Part shown: positions 13,351 to 33,489 of the stretch, in pieces
How positions within the stretch are numbered: the stretch's first letter is position 1
Layout: each line of letters opens with the position of its first letter
NCBI RefSeq assembly: GCF_009914755.1
Contig: NC_060931.1
Strand: one strand, 5' to 3'
Length of the DNA stretch: 64,000 bases
DNA from: the human T2T-CHM13v2.0 reference genome, Homo sapiens
Translations under genes and position numbers: made by a program
The notes under the pieces: model-generated
What the model was told of the DNA's origin: nothing
Seen by the model: the letters and a program-made list of their open reading frames with translations, nothing else
Database searches by the model: none

Positions 13351-13879
13351 ATGTGATATTCAAATATCATAACATAGGCATAACATAACATAGGCATATG
13401 TTATGCCTAATCTAATCTAATGTGGGTCAAATAACATAGGCATAGACACCCATTGTAAACAACTAACACAGCTATATTAGAGGGAACTAGCTATTCAGCC
13501 TTTAAAGGATGGCCAAGATTGAGATGTAAAATGTTTATTTTTTAATATAGGTCATGTCAAAAGAATTTGAAAGATACTGTTCTAGAATACAACTCAATAT
13601 AGCTATATATCATACATTTTAATAATTACATAGTATTTGTATAATTTACTATAATTTAGGTAACCCAGTGGTTCTCTCTCCTTGTATAACACATTCCTAC
13701 CAGTAAGAGAGGCTCTAGGTAATTTGGAAACACTCTCATGACACTTCTGTCTCCCATCTGACACCCACATTCTCTCTTTCTCTCTCTCACTCACACACAC
13801 ACACAAGTTGAGCATTACTAATTTTAACAATTTTCCTATCATTGGCTATTTAGATTAGAGAGTTTGGAGAGGGAATAGA

Positions 13880-14075
13880 ATGAATGGTTAAGAATGTAGG
13901 CTCTAATGAACTCTTCCATTTACTGGGTGTGTGACCAGGTTACTTGATCTGTCAAATGGGGATGGTAATAGCCTCAATAGTACCTCCCTCATAGGGTTGT
14001 CTATGAGGTTTGAATGAATTAACTTATATAAAGTGCTCAGATCAATATATGGTAAATACTCAATTAAATGTTAGG
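13880..14075 (+). mobile_element. MIR
   Basis: atggttaagaatgtaggctct...tctgtcaaatggggatggtaatag...cctcatagggttg...aaagtgctcag. Confidence 0.75.
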
Positions 14076-14690
14076 TATTATCACTATTTAGGTTGTATCC
14101 AGTTTTTCACTATTGTAAGTAAAAATATTGATGCAATGAATATCTCTGTAGCAAAATCTTTGGAAAGCAGACTTTGTTAAGTCTACTTGTGAAAATAGAA
14201 TTGCTAGGTATAATGATAAGTATATTTTTAAGGGGTTTTAAAATTTTTGCTAAATTATCCATCTGGAAGGACCCTTTACCACCAGTGATTGAAAGGCCAA
14301 ACTCGGAGGAGGAGCCAAGATGGCCGAATAGGAACAGCTCCGGTCTACAGCTCCTAATGTGAGCGACACAGAAGACGAGTGATTTCTGCATTTCCATCTG
14401 AGCTTTGAAGAGAGCAGTGGTTCTCCCAGCACGCAGCTGGAGATCTGAGAACGGGCAGACTGCCTCCTCAAGTGGGTCCCTGACCCCTGACCCCCGAGCA
14501 GCCTAACTGGGAGGCACCCCCCAGCAGGGGCACACTGACACCTCACACGGCCGGCCGGGTACTCCAACAGACCTGCAGCTGAGGGTCCTGTCTGTTAGAA
14601 GGAAAACTAACAAACAGAAAGGACATCCACAACAAAAACCCATCTGTACATCACCATCATCAAAGACCAAAAGTAGATAAAACCACAAAG

Positions 14691-15707
14691 ATGGGGAAAA
14701 AACAGAGCAGAAAAACTGGAAACTCTAAAAAGCAGAGCGCCTCTCTTCCTCCAAAGGAACGCAGTTCCTTATCAGCAACAGAACAAAGCTGGGCGGAGAA
14801 TGACTTTGATGAGCTGAGAGAAGAAGGCTTCAGACGATCAAATTACTCCGAGCTATGGGAGGACATTCAAACCAAAGGCAAAGAAGTTGAAAACTTTGAA
14901 AAAAATTTAGAGGAATGTATAACTAGAATAACCAATACAGAGAAGTGCTTAAAGGAGCTGATGGAGCTGAAAACCAAGGCTCGAGAACTACGTGAAGAAT
15001 GCAGAAGCCTCAGGAGCCGATGTGATAAACTGGAAGAAAGGGTATCAGTGATGGAAGTTGAAAGGAATGAAATGAAGCGAGAAGGGAAGTTTAGAGAAAA
15101 AAGAATAAAAAGAAACGAGCAAAGCCTCCAAGAAATATGGGACTATGTGAAAAGACCAAATCTACGTCTGATTGGTGTACCTGAAAGTGACGGGGAGAAT
15201 GGAACCAAGTTGGAAAACACTCTGCAGGATATTATCCAGGAGAACTTCCCCAATCTAGCAAGGCAGGCCAACATTCAGATTCAGGAAATACAGAGAATGC
15301 CACAAAGATACTCCTCGAGAGGAGCAACACCAAGACACATAATTGTCAGATTCACCAAAGATGAAATGAAGGAAAAAATGTTAAGGGCAGCCAGAGAGAA
15401 AGGTCGGGTTACCCTCAAAGGGAAGCCCATCAGACTAACAGCAATTCTCTCAGTAGAAACTCTACAAGCCAGAAGAGAGTGGGGGCCAATATTCAACCTT
15501 CTTAAAGAAAAGAATTTTCAACCCAGAATTTCATATCCAGCCAAACCAAGCTTCATAAGTGAAGGAGAAATAAAATACTTTACAGACAAGCAAATGCTGA
15601 GAGATTTTGTCACCACCAGGCCTGCCCTAAAAGAGCTCCTGAAGGAAGCGCTAAACATGGAAAGGAACAACCGGTACCAGCCACTGCAAAATCATGCCAA
15701 AATGTAA
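14691..15707 (+). CDS. L1 ORF1p, uninterrupted 338 aa
   Basis: MGKKQSRK...coiled coil...RPNLRLIG...REKG...ARR...QNHAKM; the conserved YPAKLS motif reads YPAKPS. Confidence 0.9.
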   Translation: MGKKQSRKTGNSKKQSASLPPKERSSLSATEQSWAENDFDELREEGFRRSNYSELWEDIQTKGKEVENFEKNLEECITRITNTEKCLKELMELKTKARELREECRSLRSRCDKLEERVSVMEVERNEMKREGKFREKRIKRNEQSLQEIWDYVKRPNLRLIGVPESDGENGTKLENTLQDIIQENFPNLARQANIQIQEIQRMPQRYSSRGATPRHIIVRFTKDEMKEKMLRAAREKGRVTLKGKPIRLTAILSVETLQARREWGPIFNLLKEKNFQPRISYPAKPSFISEGEIKYFTDKQMLRDFVTTRPALKELLKEALNMERNNRYQPLQNHAKM

Positions 15708-15770
15708 AGACCATCGAGACTAGGAAGAAACTGCATCAACTAACGAGCAAAATAACCAGCTAACATCAAA

Positions 15771-19589
<3,819 letters not shown>

Positions 19590-19823
19590 ACAATGAGAAC
19601 ACATGGACACAGGAAGGGGAACATCACACTCTGGGGCCTTTTGTGGGGTGGGGGGAGGGGGGAGGGATAGCATTGGGAGATATACCTAATGCTAGATGAC
19701 GAGTTAGTGGGTGCAGTGCACCAGCATGGCACATGTATACATATGTAACTAACCTGCACATTGTGCACACGTACCCTAAAACTTAAAGTATAATAATAAT
19801 AAATAAATTAAAAAAAAAAAAGA

Positions 19824-20159
<336 letters not shown>

Positions 20160-20280
20160 TTAAGATTTAAAACAAAAAAAGCTTTGCCAATTTCATCAGG
20201 GAATGATATTATTTAAATTTTGTTTGTCTTTGTTTACTAGTGATGTAAGACAATTTTTCACATTTTTCAAGCTTATTTGT

Positions 20281-22810
<2,530 letters not shown>

Positions 22811-23269
22811 TTTGTCATCTATGTTTGACCCACCAGTAGGCCCCCTTGAGGATGTGTCTTGATATAGAGTAACTTTTACAATGTGACAATTTCCCAACTA
22901 ACCTGTGAGGCTCTCATTTTATAATCTTATAACCTGGCCAAGTGCAAAGTCCTGAACATCACTGATCCAGATACATTTAGTTGAATTGAGTATTCCAGTT
23001 TCCACATCTGATTTCTGCAATGAATTTTTGAGCAGAATTATCTGGCAGTCAGGAAAAGGAAGACATCAGATTGATCTCTTCTACTGTCTCAAAATGGCCT
23101 TAAGGTATCCTTCCTTTGCACTTCTGGGAATTAGGTAATTACATAAGAACATTTAAATGCATTTCTTTATTATTACTGCTTCTCTCTAGTGGTTATACGT
23201 TAAAATGTTCCCCTCGTCAAAGAAAAAAATCATTTTCATATTTGAGACATTGTAATTCCAAATGGGACT

Positions 23270-24480
23270 GCCTTCTCATCAGCAGCAAACATTTATAAAG
23301 CACCTACTGCATATCAGACATGGGGATGGTGTGGGGGAAAGAGTATGTACAAAGAGGATACCCATTTCATTCCCACAAGGAAGTTAGCCCTTAGCTGGTG
23401 AGGGAAAAAGCATAGTGAGGGGAGAATGCTATGGAAGGGGCATTGGGAATTGATGTTCTATGCCCAGGCCAGATCTAACTTACTGGGTAACCATGGATAA
23501 ATCCCTTAACCTCTCTGCGCTTTCATTTTCTTACCTGGGAAGTTAAGAACATGAGATTATGTTTATACCATCCTCCCAACTGCATCATTCTATGAGCTAC
23601 AGGGTTTAAGAAATAAAAAGATGGAGTAAGAAAGACAGACAGTCAGATTACTAAGTGGTCACTGCCAGACAGCAAGATGGGAACCACACAACAGGGAAGG
23701 GCTTAAAGGAGAGAAAGGGCATGTCCAGTTGAGGCAATGGAGGGGGATTTGTAGAGGGTGAAGTCTGGCTGGACCTTGTTGGGAGAGGGTTCAGTAGGTA
23801 GAGAAGATGGTGTGAAAAATGAAGTTAGAGAAATGGCATGAACAAAGGGTAGATGCCAAGGTAAGAAAGTGCCACACATGCTCTTGGGACCCTGAATAGA
23901 GCAGTTTAGCTAGAACAGAAGGTTCTTGTAAATTTCCAATGAGATTTCACCCTAATAATGAAATGATTTATGGGGAAGGTCTTGACTATACAGCATAGTT
24001 TAGCTTCAAGGCTTCATGTGCACCTGTGCCAGATGAGATTTTCAGGAACACTAAATGTGAGAGGAGAGCGCTGTGGTCTGTTAGTGCTATGCACTGGGAT
24101 AAGAGTCAGGTGTGCGGCAAGGAGGGGCTCCTCTGTGACACGAGTTTGTCATTCCAGTCATAGGTTCCAGGATGAATCAAAGTTTTTGAACAAGGTCAAC
24201 ACAATGCAGTGTTTTAGGGTAACTCACCTGTGTGAAACACAGATTACGCTGGAGAAAGAAGAGATTAGAGGAAGGAAACTGGTTAGGAGGTTATCATAGT
24301 ACTCAAGGCCCCGTGCCTAGCTTTGGGTACTGGCCATGGGCATGATAAAGCTATGGCCAAAGATGGTTGCTGGAATGGCCGATAGAAAATTCCTAAAAGG
24401 AAGTGATTATACAGGACTAGAAGGTGGGAGAGGTGAGAAGTCCTGGGAAACTGCAGGCAGTGGAAATGCAGAATACAGAA
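23270..24480 (+). mobile_element. Degenerate L2 fragments with an embedded MIR (approx 23450-23595)
   Basis: cagcaaacatttataaagcacctact L2 3'-end motif, purine-rich L2 body; tcccttaacctctctgcgctttcattttc MIR core. Confidence 0.5.
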
Positions 24481-25649
24481 GGGGAAAGGAGCACTAACTC
24501 CTCTTCTGAGCTGTAAGGAAGACAAGATATTGAAAAGTTCCAGGTGGAGGAAAGGAAGCTCATACCTTTGTCTTTTTCTTTCTTTTCAGTGTATGGTACA
24601 GTGGGAAGTAATCTATTGGCATGGCTGGGGGCATGAGTTTTGCAGCCAGACAGAATGATTTTTTAGTCATAAAGTTTTACTTCAATTCTCCCATGAGAAT
24701 ATTTTTAGAAAACACACGACTAAAATTTAAAAAGAAAAATTGCTGGATTAAACTAAAGGGGGAGAAAACTGTTAAAAATACAATGAAGAGTTGGCAAGAA
24801 AAAGGAATTTTCAGAGGCAGAATAAGTGAAAATAAGAATCAGAGAATTAAGCAGAGAAATGAAACCAGGTTTCACTTTGAGGATTTTAATTTAACCCAAA
24901 TGAACTTGAGCTTCTATTCTTAATGGTTTCTATGGATGCACCAGAGAGGACCTAAAACCCAAATCCACACAAGATGGGAGGATGAGAGATCACCACTCTT
25001 CCACATTTAAGCTGGGCTCCCCTGGGGCCACATCCTCAGTGGTAATGTAAGCTAGAAATAGCCAGCTTCCCAGGGAGACACAAGAAAAACCGATTGCCTC
25101 AAACCTTGATACTGAGCGACGTAGAAAAACATCTATGAGAATTTATAACCACAAAACACTCTCTCAATAGGTTCTCAGCCCCAAAACAGCCCTATCAGAG
25201 TACTTTGGAAAATGAAAAACCCTTAGGGCAAGAATTTAAAGTGGCCCTGAGTTAGCAGTGGCCTCAGGCATCTGGCAGACACAAACATATGTTCTCCGTG
25301 GAAGAAAACACCTTAAATATGGGCTTCCAAGAATTTCCATAAAGTTCCAAGAAAATGTAACTCACTGTCAAAAACCACAATACTCACAAACAAACATGAA
25401 TGAGAGCCAACAAGAAAACAGGCACCAGACACTAGAATCAGAACCACAAATCCTTCACATATAAGAATCATCAGACAAGTATCAGAACATACGTGTGTAG
25501 GTAAAGCAATTAACACTAAGAGAAGTAGGTAACTTGCCTAAGTTTGGCGAGCTGTAAGTGACAGCCGAAGTCTTTAGCCACAGTCTGAAATCAGGTCTGT
25601 CTGATGCTAAAGCTTTTTATTTTTTCTTTTAAAGGGAATACTTAATGCA

Positions 25650-26840
25650 TTAAGTATACACCTGCCACAGCTTTGCCAATGTTTTATCATGTTTGCTTCA
25701 TATTTTTGTAAAGAAATAAAATATATTTAATATATAAAATTGAAGCCCCATTTGCACCTCTGCCCCATACCATTTCCATCCCACATACCCTAGAAGTTTA
25801 TAATACCCTTGCATGCTTTTGTCATTCTTCTGCAACTTGCTTTTCCCCTTACCACTGCATTTTTGAGTTTCATCTATGTTGAAACTTAGAGCTCATCTAG
25901 TTCATTTATTTTAATATTGTATAATTCTCTATTATTTGAAAATATACAAAGACTCATTTACTCACTTTTACAATAATGGAAATTTAGGTTTTCAATTTTG
26001 TACCGCACTTGGGGGTTTCTTTGGTATATACAGATGGCAGGAAGAGATGAGCATCTTTAACTTATTAGATATAGCCAGATGGATTTCCAAAGTTGCACAG
26101 TTATTATTATTATTATTTTGAGACAGAGTTTCACTCTGTTGCCCAGGCTGGAGTGCAGTGGCACAATCTCGGCTCACCGCAAAGTTGCACAGTTTTATGT
26201 TCCCACTAGCGATGCATCCAAGTTACTTCAGCTCCACATTCTTAACAATAGTCAGTATTGTGAGATGTTTTTATTTTTGCTAATATTACAGGTATGAAAT
26301 TCTATCTCATTGTATTAATTTGCATTTTCCTGATTACTAGGGAGACTAAGCATTGTTTCAGATATTTATTGGCTTTTGGGTTTTCTCGTTAGTGACTTAC
26401 CTATTCAAATCCTTTGCCCATTTTGCTATTGACTTCTTTGCCATTTTTCTTGCTGATTTGTAGAAGTCCTATTATATATTCTGGATACCAATTTTTCACT
26501 GGTAATAGATGCCAGTGAATCTATTAGTGAATATCTTTTCCCTATCCATGGTTTGTCTTTTCATTTTTAAAAAGCATATTTTGATGTGCAAAAGTTTTAA
26601 TTTGGACACAATTTATTAATCTTTCCCTTTATGGTTTGTTCCTTGCATGTCTTGTTTAAAAAGCATTACTCTATTCAAGGTTATAAATATACTCTTCTAT
26701 ACTTCATGCTAGATGTTTTAATTCTGCTTTCCACATTTAGATCTTTAATCCATCTGGAATCCATGTACGTGTTTGATGTGAAATAGGAACGTAATTTTAC
26801 TGTATGCTGTGTAGGTAACCAAGAACCCGTCCTTTCCCAG
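25650..26840 (-). mobile_element. Ancient L1M fragment
   Basis: tctcattgtattaatttgcattttcctgattactag...cctttgcccatttt...ttccacatttagatctttaatccatctggaat = reverse L1 ORF2 end. Confidence 0.7.
26103..26179 (-). mobile_element. Severely 5'-truncated Alu (~77 bp)
   Basis: (att)n tail plus gagacagagtttcactctg...ggctcaccg; 15-bp TSD caaagttgcacagtt at 26088 and 26180. Confidence 0.85.
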
Positions 26841-28094
26841 TTAATTTAGTAATATAATGTCAATGAAGACAAGGAAGATGATGATTCAGAAACTCACTAA
26901 GAACCAGGACATTTATCAGAATGTGGCAGAAATGTTTATTAAGTCCACTAGAACTGAACTGAACACATAATTGGCAGACAATCTGTTCTATGCTTCGGAA
27001 ACTGAGCAAACTGGCCTGCTTTCAATAGAGGGAATGTCTTTAGTTTTTTTGCCACTGTATTTCAGAAAGTCAAAGTCTATTGGCCAGTCATAGGCACTGT
27101 CTTTTGAGGCAGCCATTGTGCTTTTCCCATTTTTCCAACTGCCAACCCCATCAATTTACTCTTGTTAAAATTCCTTCTCACAATATATATCTTATTCACT
27201 TTTGTATCCCCAAGTGCCATTTATACTATTTAACTCATACTTTTGAGTAAATGTTTTTTGCATAAATATCTTAAAAGAATCAGTCCCTTTCTTCATATAT
27301 CCATCCAGGGATTGCGACCTTCAGAAAACAATTAGACAGAAAGCTATTTTCAGTCACACAACACATGCTGGAACATATAGTTCCCATAGCAAAAGCTGTA
27401 AATACAGGCAGAAACGTTCTGGGAAATAGTTTTGTTTCCTCTATTTGATTACCAAGAGCCAGGCACCGAGGGCAGAAAGCTCCACTTCATTTAGCAAAAT
27501 CACATCAGAGTGACTGTCAGACACTGAGCATCAGGAGAGAGGCATACAGCTAAGGATGTGGGAAGGATGCCTGCCAATTCAACATGCTTATTGAACATCT
27601 GTAAAATGATAATGTCTGTGTTTTATACACCTGGCATCTAGTAGAAGCATATTAAACTGAAGTTTATCATTGTAGTTATTGTTTTTATGTGCCAGTTACT
27701 TACAAACCAGAGAATAATAAGACAAGGTTCTTATCCAAGTACATTTAAAAGGGTGGTTGGGGTGGGGTAGTAAGGCCTTCAGGAGGGAGAAGCAGACATG
27801 GAAAGGAGTGGGATGTTTGCTTTTGAATAATAGGTGAAATTTAAGCATGTGTGTAGACTGAGGGGAAGGAATCCAGGAAGAGAGAATAACAAAATCTAGG
27901 AGAATCAGAACATCATGCAGAAAGCTTCCAGTGAAGTGACAAGAAATTCCAATCAAGAGCTCAGATGGAGGAGTTACACTTGGAAAGCAGGGAAACTTCT
28001 CTTCTTAGAGAAGATTGGCAAAGGGCCAAAGAACTAGGGTGGACTTCAGATCTTCTGGGCTTCCGCACAAGAATAAATCCTGGTGACCCTGGCA

Positions 28095-28350
28095 AGGAGA
28101 CAGCACAGTGGAGAGAAGATACTTTGGAGCCAAACAGACCCAGTGTTACATCCTAATTCACCACTTACAGCTTTGGACCCTTAATCAAATTTCTGATGTC
28201 TCTTATTTTCCTTTTCATCATCTGTAAGATGGAAATAAAACACAAGCAATGACATGAGTGTTTACATAAAATGCACATAATCGCAGGTAATTATTTAATG
28301 CACGTAATGGGCATAGCACTGTGTTGGGCAATAATCCGTGAGTGGTAGCA
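28095..28350 (+). mobile_element. MIR
   Basis: cagcacagtgg...actttggagccaaacagacc...tcatctgtaagatggaaata...gcatagcactgtgttgggca. Confidence 0.65.
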
Positions 28351-29256
28351 ATCATTAAGAAGCTAAGAAAAAATGACACTAAATTCTGACCAAGTGAGTT
28401 TACAGCTTTGTATAAAAATAATTACTTGAGTAAAAATCTTTTAGAATCCTTTGTCTGCCTGAGAATGTTCCTTTATTTAAAAAAATTTCAAAGTAAGCCT
28501 TCCTGTATGTCTTCCCATTACTCTCTACCACACTCCCAACAACTGAAGATATTTTCTTTATTCAAATGTATTTAACTAATATTAAACAAGAACAGTTTTA
28601 AAAATCAGCTTTTTAAAAGAAACTTTTAAGAATAAAACAACTTTTAGAAAACATATTAAATACATATATTATTGAATATTAGTCATTTGGGTTAAATATA
28701 TAATTTAATAAAATACATGAAGTTATATATTATATAATTTATTAAAATCAAGTAAAGTGTCTATAATATTTGGAGATTAATTTTTAATGCTGAATTCCCA
28801 AATTTAGAAAGATGTTGATTTTTTTTTGTTGAAACTTTGAAAGAGTAGAAAATTATTTATTTTCTTACTAAATAGAATGAACATTTAGAGATATGGCATG
28901 ATGAACTACCCAATTATCATGTTATCAAAAATTTTTTAAAATAGTAGAGAAAGACTCACAATAAAAATGCAATAATCCCCTGCCCTACTTCTTCCTAGTT
29001 TGTTTCTCACCTCCACAGACAACCATTATTAATCATTTGTTTTTTGTCTTTCTGGAATTATCAACAGGAAGACTATAACAAAAAGTATATATTATACTTT
29101 CTCATACTATTTTTTAAAATTCTTGTCATTGAAAAGCTCAAACAAAATAATCACATAGCAATAACTAATTTAAAAACCTAACTCAAGATCATTTAAAGTG
29201 TACTCAGCTTCTAAAGAGCGTGTATCTATATTAAACAAGTTCTCTTTAAACATATG

Positions 29257-29609
29257 TGTATTAGTCCGTTTTCACACTGCTGATAAAGACATACCCAAGA
29301 CTGGGCAATTTACAAAAGAAAGAGGTTTAACTAGACTTACAGTTCCACATGGCTGGGGAAGCCTCACAATCATGGTGGAAGACAAGGAGGAGCAAATCAC
29401 ATTTTACATGGATGGCAGCAAGCAAAAAGAGCTTGTGCAGAAAAACTCCCCCTTATAATGACCATCAGAACTCGTGAGACTTACTCACTATCACGAGCAC
29501 AGCAAGGGAAAGACCTGCCCTGATGATTTAATTATCTCCTACCAGCTCCCTCCCACAACATGTGGGAATTCAAGATAAGATTTGGGTAGGACAAAGCCAA
29601 ACCATATCA
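29257..29609 (-). mobile_element. THE1 solo LTR
   Basis: tgtattagtccgttttcacactgctgataaagac ... agccaaaccatatca. Confidence 0.9.
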
Positions 29610-29882
29610 TATGGTATAACTTAATTGGCAATGCATGACTCTAAATAGTCAAGTAGTTCAAATCAACAAAAATGGTCCAGGGTATGGCAACTTATGTATG
29701 CTTACAAGAAAAATTATTGACTGCCAAAATTATACTCACATTTTATTTATTTTTACCAGACTGTAGTGAAAGCATGCACCATATCACAGTCATGTATTGA
29801 AGTAGAAATAATATATCTCTCCCTGCTGAGCTACTAGGGAAATTTCAAATGGGTTCTGTGTAGTTCTTATTAAGAAGTGAGA

Positions 29883-30409
<527 letters not shown>

Positions 30410-30934
30410 TCAGGCACTCCACTCTTTCCTCTCCCTCTTATGCTAGTCTCTCTTTTCACTCTTCCATCCTCTTCCGCAGTCTGAGTTGCCTCTAGTTTTT
30501 GGATATGGAGAATTTTGCTTTACAAGCTGGCTTCTAAAATAAGTAAGTTAGATTCATTGATTTTGGGGGTAGGAGAAGGAAAAAGCAGAGATTAGAAAGA
30601 GCATCAGGAAGAGAAAACAAGCTTACATCCTTATAGACATGGACCCAGCATACATGTATTACGTTGAAGACATTTTAAATATGGTTGTGAAAAATAGAAA
30701 TATCTTAGTTATTGCATTCCTTTATAATTCATGACTCAAATTTGGAAGTGGAAATCTGATACCTTTTCTTCTGTTTCTAGCTGCCAGTCTTAGTTCTGGT
30801 ATCTATTATAAAATTTTTGCCTTGGATTCTTTAATTGGAGGCAAAAGTTAGTTTTATTTAAAATGGAAAAGAGTGATTCACAAAGATATGTTCTTCTAAA
30901 TATGAAAAGATACCATAATTTTTTGTTTAAAAAT

Positions 30935-31244
30935 ATTTTATTTTATTTTATTTTATTTTACTTTTTAGAGACAGGGTCTCACTCTGTCACCCAGGCTGGA
31001 GTGCAGTGGTACCATCATAGCTCAATGCAACCTCAAATTCCTGGGCTTAATTGATCCTCCCACGTCAGCCTCCCAAGTAGCTAGGACTACGGGCACCTGC
31101 TGTCAAGCCCAGCTAATTTCTTATTTTTATTTTTGAAGAGATGGGTGTCTCACTTCATTGCCCAGGCTGAACTGCTGGCCTCAACCAATCCTCCCACCTC
31201 AGGCTCTCAAAATAGTGGAATTGTGTGAGCCACCATGCCTGGCC
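30935..31244 (-). mobile_element. AluJ
   Basis: (ttta)n tail, gagacagggtctcactctgtcacccagg, gatcctcccacgtcagcc. Confidence 0.85.
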
Positions 31245-33489
31245 CCAAGAAAAGGATTTTAGAGATATTTATAATGAATTTGATTTTCTAAGAGTCTGAT
31301 GTTTCATTTTCAGTATTATATTGCATCACTGATCTATAGCTTCCATTTTTAGTTCTTCACTCATACTGTCAATATTCATTGAACAAAGAGAACAGGACAA
31401 TGTTAATTAATTTTCTCTAAGTTTTAAGACAGAGAGCCTTTCCTTAAATCTATTTTCCAACTCCACAATTTTAGGAGTGTAGCTGCCTAGAACATCACTT
31501 TAATATCTGGGAACCAACTTCATTGCAGAAAAGTAGAACACATTTTTTTCTCATGAAATTAGTGATTTAAATCATACATTTATGCAACTATTGTTAAAAC
31601 TCATGCAAAGAAATATGTTTGAATGGGAACTTCAAATCTAAAGGTTTGGTTCATTCTTCACTGGTGACCTAAGGTAAGAATTTTTGTCTTAGATAACATG
31701 AGCCATCTGATTTCTTTAAATCTAATCAACAAAAAATGTTACTTTGCATTTTCTTCTGTTCTAAGTTCCCTAAAAAAGTAATACTTGATAGGTAATTATG
31801 TTATTCACATAATCTAAAAACAGTGCCTGTTTTTTAAAACAGGAATGGATTTCATGAGCAGTTTATGCCTGATATAATTCAGTATTATTGCAAATGTTAT
31901 TCATATATATCTTTTTCTTTGCATCAACTAATAGGCAAAATAACCAGCTAGCATCATAATGACAGGATCAAATTCACATATAACAATATTAACCTTGAAT
32001 GTAAATGGGATAATGCCCCAAGTAAAAGACACAAGACTGCCAAATTGGATAGTCAAGACCCATCAGTGTGCTGTATTCAGTAGACACATATCATGTACAA
32101 AGACACACATAGGCTCAAAATAAAGGGATGAAGGAGAATTTACCAAGTAAATGGAAATAAAAAAAAGCATGAGTTGCAATCCTAATCTCTGATAAAACAG
32201 ACCGTAAACCAACAAAGATCAAAAGAGACAAAGAAGGCCACTACCTAATGGTAAAGGGATCAATGCAGCAAGAAGAGCTACCTATCCTAAATATATACGC
32301 ACCCAATACAGGAGGACCCAGATTCATAAAGAAAGCTCCTGGAGACCTACAAAGAGACTTAGACTCCCACACAATAATAGTGGAAGACTTTAACACCTCA
32401 TTGTCAATATTAGACAGATCAACGAGGCAGAAAATTAACAAGGATATTTAGGACTTGAACTCAGCTCTAGACCAAGCGACATAATAGACATCTACAGAAC
32501 TCTGTACCCCAAATCAACAGAATATATATTCTTCTCAGCACCTCATTGCACTTATTCTAAATTGACCATGTAATTGGAAGTAAAACACTCCTCAGCAAAT
32601 GCAAAAGAATGGAAATTATAACAAACAGTCTCTCAGACCACAGTGCAATCAAATTAGTACTCAGGATTAAGAAACTCACTCAAAACCACACAACAACAGG
32701 GAAACTGAACAACCTGCTCCTGAATGACTACTGGGTAAATAACGAAATGGAGGCAGAAATAAAGATGTTCTTTGAAACCAATCAGAACGAAGACACAACG
32801 TTATCAGAATCTCTGGGACACATTTAAAGCAGTGTGTAGAAGGAAATTTATAGCACTAAATGCCCACAAGAGAAAGCAGGAATGATCTAAAATTGTCACC
32901 CTAACATCACACTTAAAAGAACTAGAGAAGCAAGAGCAAACAAATTCAAAACCTAGCAGAAGGCAAGAAATAACTAAGATCAGAGGAAAACTGAAGGAGA
33001 TACAGACACAAAAAAACCCTTCAAAAAAATCAATCAATCCAGGAGCTGGGTTTTTGAAAAGATCAACAAAATATATAGACCTTTAGCCAGACAAATAAGA
33101 AAAGAGAGAAGAATCAAATAGATGCAAAAAAAAAAAAAAAAGATATAGAGGATATCACCACTGATCCCACAGAAATATAAACTACCATCAGAGAATATTA
33201 TAAACACCTCTATGCGAATAAACTAGAAAACCTAGAAGAAATGGATAAATTCCTGGACACATACACTCTCCCATGTCTAAACCAGGAAGAAATAAAATCC
33301 CTGAATAAACCAATAACAAGTTCTGAAATTGAGGCAGTAATTAACAGACTACCAACCAAAAAAAGTCCAGCACCAGACAGATTCACAGCCGAATTCTATC
33401 AGAGGTACAAAAAGGAGCTGCTGGTATCATTCCTTCTGAAACTATTCCTAACCATAGAAAAAGAGGGAATCCTCCCTAACCCATTTTAT

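Noticed and set aside
23970-24923. 109-aa and 100-aa ATG-initiated ORFs
   Set aside because: Overlap degenerate L2 or low-complexity A-rich sequence; no domain or exon-structure support
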